A stretch of 64,000 nucleotides of DNA from an uncultured bacterium (GTDB lineage: Bacteria > Omnitrophota > Omnitrophia > Omnitrophales > Aquincolibacteriaceae). The first letter of the stretch is position 1. Each line of letters starts with the position of its first letter. Under the pieces are notes generated by a model. That model did no database searches. It was not told the DNA's origin and saw only the letters and a list, made by a program, of their open reading frames with translations. This document shows, piece after piece, positions 58,291-64,000 of the stretch. Position numbers and translations under genes: made by a program. The stretch lies in contig CAZSFZ010000005.1 in the NCBI GenBank assembly GCA_964606385.1, positions 40,650-104,649 of the forward strand, in the 5' to 3' direction.

Positions 58291-59013
58291 ATGAAGAACG
58301 GTGCTGAAGCTCTGACCGATATCTGCGTCGCGGGCATCACGCCCTTTACGACGATAGATTTCCCCGGCCGTCTGGCCGGGGTTTTCTATCTCCAGGGGTG
58401 TCCGTGGCGGTGCCGTTACTGCTATAACGCCGAGTTCTGGCCATTACCTCCCGAAGGACAGCGCGTTCCCGCCGAGAAGATCCTCGAGTTCCTGGATTCC
58501 CGTAAAAATCATCTTGATGGCATTGTCTTTTCAGGTGGAGATCCTACGGTCCATGAGCGTCTTCCTGTCTGGATGAAAACCGTGAAAGACATGGGGTTTG
58601 AAATCGGTCTTCACACCGGCGGGATGTTTCCGGACCGTCTTGTCAACATCCTGCCGCTTTGCGATTGGGTCGGCCTCGATATCAAAGCTCCTTTCGATCG
58701 CTATGAAAAAGTGACGCAAATCGCTGGAAGCGGGGAGAAGGCCCATCGGAGCGCGGAACTTGTCCTTGCGAGCGGCGTATCCTATGAATTCCGCACGACT
58801 TTTCATCCCGCGTTGCTTTCTGAAGAAGATGTGCTCGCGATGGCCCAAAAGCTTGCCGGAATGGGATGTAAGCGTTATGCTCTTCAAATGTTCCGACCCG
58901 ATCATTGTGCTGATAAAGAGCTTCGCGAAAGTTCTGTCCCTGCGGCCGGCATTTCCGCGGCGCTTCGCCAGAACCTCAAAACTTATTTCTCGGAATTTCT
59001 TATTAGGGAATAA
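58291..59013 (+). CDS. nrdG: Anaerobic ribonucleotide reductase activating protein (radical SAM)
   Basis: GCPWRCRYCYN (CxxxCxxC radical-SAM cluster), directly downstream of nrdD. Confidence 0.88.
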   Translation: MKNGAEALTDICVAGITPFTTIDFPGRLAGVFYLQGCPWRCRYCYNAEFWPLPPEGQRVPAEKILEFLDSRKNHLDGIVFSGGDPTVHERLPVWMKTVKDMGFEIGLHTGGMFPDRLVNILPLCDWVGLDIKAPFDRYEKVTQIAGSGEKAHRSAELVLASGVSYEFRTTFHPALLSEEDVLAMAQKLAGMGCKRYALQMFRPDHCADKELRESSVPAAGISAALRQNLKTYFSEFLIRE

Positions 59014-59225
59014 CGAAGTTTTCGATGAGGAAGAGGATCGTTTGGCTCTGTTTCCAAGCCAGATATCATCAAAATGCCCACGCTGAAAGTTATCGTAAGC
59101 AAAGGTTTTCCGCATGCTTTTTATGCCGGGTTAGTTGCTCCTGAAAGATCCCCGAAGTTCCTAGAAGACCTTGTTGAATTAGTGTAGATTGTCAATAGAA
59201 ACGCCGTTATAAATAAAAATATTCG

Positions 59226-60608
59226 ATGCGGAGGGGTATGACCACTCAGACCGTAACGGTGAAGAAAGCGTCAAAGAAGAATTTTTTGAAGAGGCTGGAG
59301 GAACCTCTCAAAATCGTCGAGGCTTTTCTTATTTTTATTTTCCTCCCGATGCTTGTTTATATCCTCATGTGGACCTGGGGGATCCCTTTCCGTTTTGTTT
59401 ATTACATTTGCGTGACCATCTATGGCTTTACGGCGGTGATGACGATCTTTGAAGCGCTTCTCGCCGTTAAGAGAAAGTACGCATTCAGCAGAAAAAAACA
59501 GGAAATCCCCATCCGGCCGACCTTCACCGTTATTATTTCCGCATTTCTTCCGAACGAACAGAATATCATTTTGGGCGTTCTTGATCATTTTCTCAATAAA
59601 ATGGGGGAATACGAAGGGCAAATCATTCAAATCATTCTGTGTTATGACACGCCGCACGATCTTCCCGTGGAAGATGATCTGAGACGTCTTGCGGCTGCTT
59701 ATCCTAAGTTCATGCCCTACAAGGCGGGAGGAGGAGGAAAAGCTGCCAGCTTGAATAAGGCGATCAAGTTCGTCAAGGGAGCTATCACTGTTCTTTTTGA
59801 TGCGGATCATCTTCCCGAAAGCGAGGCTTTTGGCAAGGCTGCGCGTTGGCTCTATGGGGGGTACGATATTGTCCAGGGAAGAAACATTATCAGGAACGCC
59901 GCTGAGAATCCTTTGACCGCCATGATCGCGGTTGAATTTGAGACAATCTACTCGATAGGCCATGTGGCCAAATCCCTTATCTGTGATACGGCCATTTTCG
60001 GTGGTTCCAATGGATATTTTCTGACGAGCTCGCTCAAGCAATATCATTTCGACCCTAATCAAATGACCGAAGATATCGATCTTTCGGTCCGGACCCTCTT
60101 GGATGGAGGACGGATCCTTCATGACCGGAGTCTTATTGCAAGCGAACTTGCACCGACGACCTGGAAAAGTCTCTGGCTCCAAAGAAAACGATGGTGCAAT
60201 GGATGGTTTCAGGTTATGTTGGCTCATCAGTGGAATGTTTGGTGGAGCAAGAATTTGAGACTCTCCCAAAAACTCTACTGGACCTATTTGCTTCTCTGGG
60301 CGCAGGCCATTTACCCGATCGGGGGTTTTCAGGTCTATGCCCTGATCCTTGCCTGGTGGATCGTGACGGGAAGATTTGATCTCGGTTTTGATTGGTATAT
60401 TCTCCTCACGCTTGTTCTTACGGTGATTTCGGGTCCCATCCAGATCTATTGCGCTTATTTGCGGCAGGCAAAGAAAATGCCGGCGTTCTATTTTGTTAAA
60501 TATGGCTTCTTCAATATCTACTACTCATTTTTCAAGATGCTTGTGGGCCTTGTGGGGATGAGGGATTGCATCGCGCATGAAAAAAAATGGGTTGTTACGA
60601 GCCGATGA
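59226..60608 (+). CDS. Membrane-embedded family 2 glycosyltransferase (processive, cellulose/chitin-synthase-like)
   Basis: DAD (VLFDADH) motif, then QRKRWCNGW (QxxRW), with TM helices on both sides. Confidence 0.8.
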   Translation: MRRGMTTQTVTVKKASKKNFLKRLEEPLKIVEAFLIFIFLPMLVYILMWTWGIPFRFVYYICVTIYGFTAVMTIFEALLAVKRKYAFSRKKQEIPIRPTFTVIISAFLPNEQNIILGVLDHFLNKMGEYEGQIIQIILCYDTPHDLPVEDDLRRLAAAYPKFMPYKAGGGGKAASLNKAIKFVKGAITVLFDADHLPESEAFGKAARWLYGGYDIVQGRNIIRNAAENPLTAMIAVEFETIYSIGHVAKSLICDTAIFGGSNGYFLTSSLKQYHFDPNQMTEDIDLSVRTLLDGGRILHDRSLIASELAPTTWKSLWLQRKRWCNGWFQVMLAHQWNVWWSKNLRLSQKLYWTYLLLWAQAIYPIGGFQVYALILAWWIVTGRFDLGFDWYILLTLVLTVISGPIQIYCAYLRQAKKMPAFYFVKYGFFNIYYSFFKMLVGLVGMRDCIAHEKKWVVTSR

Positions 60609-63600
60609 ACTTCGGCTCAGATAGGGGGACAACACATAAGCCCGTGTTGCTGAAAATACTTTGTCTTGTTTTGTATATAGGACTGTCATTCTTGGCTCCG
60701 GAAAGCATCTTGGGTGTCGAAAAAGATAAAGCCTCAGAAGCTTCCATCGAGCAGATGACCTCCGAAGCCGATATGCATCTGTGGAAGAATGATTTCCAAA
60801 CCGCCATCGAAATTTATGACAAGATCCTTGCGATTGATCCACCGAATTTTATAGCCGCCGCCCACAAGGCTTTGGCCTATTCCCGGAGCGGAGAATACGG
60901 CAAGGCGCTTGCCTTGTATGACAAACTTCTTGTCGCCCATCCTGCGTACACGGATCTTTTGTTGGACAAGGCGAACACTTTGAGATGGTCGGGTGATCTG
61001 GAGAAGGCAGAGCTTGCCTATTGGCGTGCCTACGACAAGAACTCCAATTATATACCGGTACTGCAGGCGTTGGGCGATCTTTTAAATTTAAGGGGAAAAC
61101 ATCGTGAGGCCACCGAGGTCTTCAGTGAGGCTATCAAGATCGACAGCACGAAGCACGATCTGTGGATCGGCCGCGCTTGGGCCTGGCGGTGGCTTGAAAA
61201 TTATCAAAAATCAGGCGAGGATCTGGCGCAGGCTCTTGCCCTTGATCCGAAAAATAAGTCAGCTTTTGAGCTCTCGGAACAATTAAAAGCATCGGCCACT
61301 GCGCAATATTCCGACCGCCTTGCTAAGGCGGATGATCTTCTGGCGAAGGGCGATCTTCAGACCGCTCATCAGATCTATGATGAAATCCTCCAAAAGGATC
61401 CTGCGAATCGCGTTGCTTTGGTCCGAAAAGCCGCGGCATATGTCGGCGGGGGCGAATATGAAAAAGCGGTTGAAATTTTTGACCAGCTTCTCGTTGTCGA
61501 TCCGGATAATACGGAGGTGCTTTTAAATCGGGCGAATGCTTTGAGACGAAAAGGTGCTTTGGATGAGGCGGAAGCCGCTTACCGTGAAGCATTTGCCAAA
61601 CACTCCAAAGATCTGTCGATTCTGGAGGGATTAGCCGAGACCCTGAATTTGCGAGGAAAACATCGAGAAGCTGTTAATGTTTATGATCAGGGGCTTGCGA
61701 TTGACGTAAAACGGTCCAGTCTCTGGAGCGGCCGGGCTTGGGGGTGGCGGTGGCTTGATGATCTTCCCAAAGCGAACGAAGATCTTGCGAAAGCCTTTGA
61801 GCTTGATCCGAAAAATAAATCCGCGCTTGAGTTGAAATCCCATATCTTCGCCTCAGGGCGGGAGGAAGTTATTGACCGTATGGCATCCGAGGCTGACGCG
61901 CACTTATGGGTTAAAGATTTTACCGAGGCCTTACGGGAATATGATGAGATCCTCAAAAAAGCCCCGTCTAATTTCCGCGCTCTTTCACATAAAGCGTTGG
62001 CTTACTCCTGGAACGGCGAGTATGAAAAATCCATCGAAATCCTGAACCATCTCCTCGTTTCCGATCCGGATAATCCGGAATTGCTTTTGAATCGAGCGGA
62101 TGCTCTGAAACGAAAGGGAGCGGTGGACGCCGCAGAGGTTGCTTACCATGAAGCTTTCAGCAAACATCCCAAGGATCTATCCATTCTGGAGGGATTAGCC
62201 GAGATCCTGAACCTGAGGGGGAAAAATCAGGAAGCCGTTGAAATCTACGATCAAGGATTGGTGCTTGATGCGAAAAGGTCGAGCTTGTGGAGCGGCCGAG
62301 CTTGGGCCTGGCATTGGCTGGGCATCCACACAAAGGCCGGTCAGGATATTGAGAAAGCCTTGGAGTTGGATCCCAAAAATCAATCGGCGCTTGAACTTCA
62401 AGCACAACGCTCTGCGGCCGCTAAGCAGCAACACGAGGACCGCCTTGCGGCTGCCGATAACTTTTTGTGGAAGCGGGATATTGTTAAGGCCATTCAGTTC
62501 TATGATGAAGTTCTCGTTCATGACCCCGAAAATTTCAGGGCTTTGTCTCATAAGGCATTGGCTTATTCCTGGAACGGCGAATACGGAAAATCCATTGAGA
62601 TTTTTGACAAGCTTCTTGTCTCCGATCCGAATAACGGGGAATTGCTTTTGAATCGGGCCAACGCCTTAAGATGGAAGGGTGATTTGGAAAGAGCTGAAAA
62701 AGCCTACCGTGAAGCCGTCGTCAAACATCCGAAGGATCTGAATATTCTGGAAGGATTGGCTGAGACACTGAATTTGAGGGGCAAGCATCAAGAAGCCGTC
62801 GAGATCTACGATCAAGGTTTGGAGCTTGACGAAAAACGGTCCAGTTTTTGGAGCGGTCGGGCGTGGGCCTGGTACTGGCTGGGCATCAAAACCAAGGTTG
62901 CGGAGGATATCGGGCAGGCGCTCAAACTTGATCCCAAGAATCAATCAGCGATCGAGTTACAAAAACAAATTCCCATGCCCGATATCACTCAATATGAGAA
63001 TCCGCTGGCGGCCGCGGACGATTTTTTATGGAAGAATGATTACCTTTTCGCTCTTCGTTTGTATGATGCTATTCTCCAAAAAGATCCAAAAAATCTCAAA
63101 GCGAAGTCCAATAAGGCGTTGGCATGTGCCCGGAGCGGTGATTATGAAGAGGCCTTGCATCTCTATGATGAATTGCTGGCACAGCAGCCGGACGAGGTCG
63201 AACTGCTTTTAAACAAGGCGAACGTTCTTCGGTGGAAGAAGGATCTGGAAGCTGCGGAGAAGGTCTATTGGGAAGCATTCGATAAAGATCCCAAAAATAG
63301 CGAGGTTGCGGAAGGGCTTGCCCAAACACTGAACCTGCTTGGAAAACATGAGACGGCGCTCGAAGTATGTAACAAGGGATTGACGATTAAAAATAAAAGC
63401 GTTCTTTTGTGGCTGACTCGTGCTTGGGCATGGTATTGGATGGGGGAATTCGAGCGTTCGAAGCAAGATCTGGCAAGAGTTTTTCAGCTGGATGTCAACA
63501 ACCGCTCCGCTTTTGAACTGCAGGGAAAGATCCTCCGTTCCCGGACCGATGCCTTAATCGGAAGTGCGGATAAGGACCTTTGGACGAATGAGTTTGACGC

Positions 63601-64000
63601 AGCTATCAAGAAGTATGATGAGGCTCTGGCTCAGGAACCGGAAAATTTTCACGTCCTAAACTATAAAGCATTGGCTTATTCGCGGTCAGGCCGGCAAGCT
63701 CAGGCGATTGCGATTTATGACAAGCTTCTTGCGACTTACCCGGACAATCCCGAGCTGCTTTTGAACAAGGCCAATGCTCAAAAGTGGAATGGAGATATGC
63801 GAGCCGCCGAGGTCACTTACTGGAGGGCGCTTGAGAAACGCCCTGCCAATGTTGTGATCCGGGAGGAGCTTGCGGAAACGCTGAACCGACTCGGAAAACA
63901 CAAAGAAGCTATCGCCATGGCGGATGAAGGGTTAGCGATCGATCCCCAAAGTGTAAAACTGTGGTTGACCCGGGCTTGGGCGTGGAGGTGGTTGGGAGAG
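60605..64000 (+). CDS. TPR-repeat protein with N-terminal signal/TM, built from ~187-aa super-repeats; 3' end truncated by the window (>=1132 aa); start overlaps the GT2 stop (ATGA)
   Basis: My own translation of frame 2 from ATG 60605 runs stop-free to nt 64000. This ORF is absent from the ORF track, presumably because no stop lies within the window. Repeated blocks: D..LW..DF..A...YDEIL..DP.NF.AL.HKALAYS..GEY.K.IEI...LLV.DP.N.ELLLNRA.AL..KG....AE.AY.EA..KHPKDL.ILEGLAE.LNLRGKH.EAV.IYDQGL.LD.KRSS.WSGRAWAW.WLG. Confidence 0.8.
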   Translation, partial: MNFGSDRGTTHKPVLLKILCLVLYIGLSFLAPESILGVEKDKASEASIEQMTSEADMHLWKNDFQTAIEIYDKILAIDPPNFIAAAHKALAYSRSGEYGKALALYDKLLVAHPAYTDLLLDKANTLRWSGDLEKAELAYWRAYDKNSNYIPVLQALGDLLNLRGKHREATEVFSEAIKIDSTKHDLWIGRAWAWRWLENYQKSGEDLAQALALDPKNKSAFELSEQLKASATAQYSDRLAKADDLLAKGDLQTAHQIYDEILQKDPANRVALVRKAAAYVGGGEYEKAVEIFDQLLVVDPDNTEVLLNRANALRRKGALDEAEAAYREAFAKHSKDLSILEGLAETLNLRGKHREAVNVYDQGLAIDVKRSSLWSGRAWGWRWLDDLPKANEDLAKAFELDPKNKSALELKSHIFASGREEVIDRMASEADAHLWVKDFTEALREYDEILKKAPSNFRALSHKALAYSWNGEYEKSIEILNHLLVSDPDNPELLLNRADALKRKGAVDAAEVAYHEAFSKHPKDLSILEGLAEILNLRGKNQEAVEIYDQGLVLDAKRSSLWSGRAWAWHWLGIHTKAGQDIEKALELDPKNQSALELQAQRSAAAKQQHEDRLAAADNFLWKRDIVKAIQFYDEVLVHDPENFRALSHKALAYSWNGEYGKSIEIFDKLLVSDPNNGELLLNRANALRWKGDLERAEKAYREAVVKHPKDLNILEGLAETLNLRGKHQEAVEIYDQGLELDEKRSSFWSGRAWAWYWLGIKTKVAEDIGQALKLDPKNQSAIELQKQIPMPDITQYENPLAAADDFLWKNDYLFALRLYDAILQKDPKNLKAKSNKALACARSGDYEEALHLYDELLAQQPDEVELLLNKANVLRWKKDLEAAEKVYWEAFDKDPKNSEVAEGLAQTLNLLGKHETALEVCNKGLTIKNKSVLLWLTRAWAWYWMGEFERSKQDLARVFQLDVNNRSAFELQGKILRSRTDALIGSADKDLWTNEFDAAIKKYDEALAQEPENFHVLNYKALAYSRSGRQAQAIAIYDKLLATYPDNPELLLNKANAQKWNGDMRAAEVTYWRALEKRPANVVIREELAETLNRLGKHKEAIAMADEGLAIDPQSVKLWLTRAWAWRWLGE
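60772..64000 (+). repeat. Tandem ~561-bp (187-codon) repeats, at least 6 copies, inside the TPR gene
   Basis: Repeat starts at ~60772, 61334, 61895, 62456, 63017 and 63569 (periods 562/561/561/561/552 nt). The spurious alternative-frame and antisense ORFs in this region reflect this repetitiveness. Confidence 0.75.

Noticed and set aside
61104-63466. Multiple 60-140-aa ORFs in alternative frames and on the minus strand across 61.1-63.5 kb (e.g. 62238..62651+, 62195..62551-, 62826..63212+)
   Set aside because: They are by-products of the 561-bp tandem repeat structure of the TPR gene, which is read without stops in frame 2 from 60605.

Overview
This 64-kb window is GC-rich (roughly 55-60% by eye) and looks like it comes from an uncultivated strict anaerobe. 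The metabolic genes present are pyruvate:ferredoxin oxidoreductase, ADP-forming acetyl-CoA synthetase, class III ribonucleotide reductase nrdD/nrdG, and a tal-pgi fusion. Two giant single-ORF genes dominate the window: 20..17764 (5914 aa, 5' end possibly outside the window) and 31637..46882 (5081 aa). A third large gene, a TPR super-repeat protein, is truncated at the 3' edge (60605..>64000). Between them sit ordinary housekeeping genes (nadE, ogt, rsfS, argS, miaA, hflX, tal-pgi, a LysM amidase, an SNF-family transporter, nrdDG, a GT2 glycosyltransferase) and a minus-strand transporter pair. The giant ORFs are mosaics of recognisable modules. Giant 1 carries HEAT-like repeats, two transmembrane blocks, DUF218-like, Nudix-like and nucleotidyltransferase+LbH regions, and a duplicated ~500-aa module. 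Giant 2 carries kinase-like, HExxH, PG-binding/SLT-like, SpoT-type HD, PRTase-like, HemK-like and TrmB-like regions. In both, a short peptide motif R-S-E-[V/L/A]-R recurs at module boundaries with different codons each time (about 8 times in giant 1, 10 in giant 2). Giant 2 also has signal-peptide-like stretches immediately after two of these motifs. I read this as a previously undescribed modular mega-protein architecture. Other notable structures: inverted-repeat elements built from GGNAACG heptamers sit directly after three stop codons; a perfect 19-bp palindrome is inserted in-frame in nadE; nrdD is separated from its glycyl-radical domain by a single in-frame TAA followed by an RBS and ATG; an extended -10 motif TGCTATACT recurs, once positioned for a leaderless nadE transcript; and several AT-rich promoter islands stand out. 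No rRNA, tRNA or CRISPR was found. All calls are from reading the sequence and ORF track, with no database searches.
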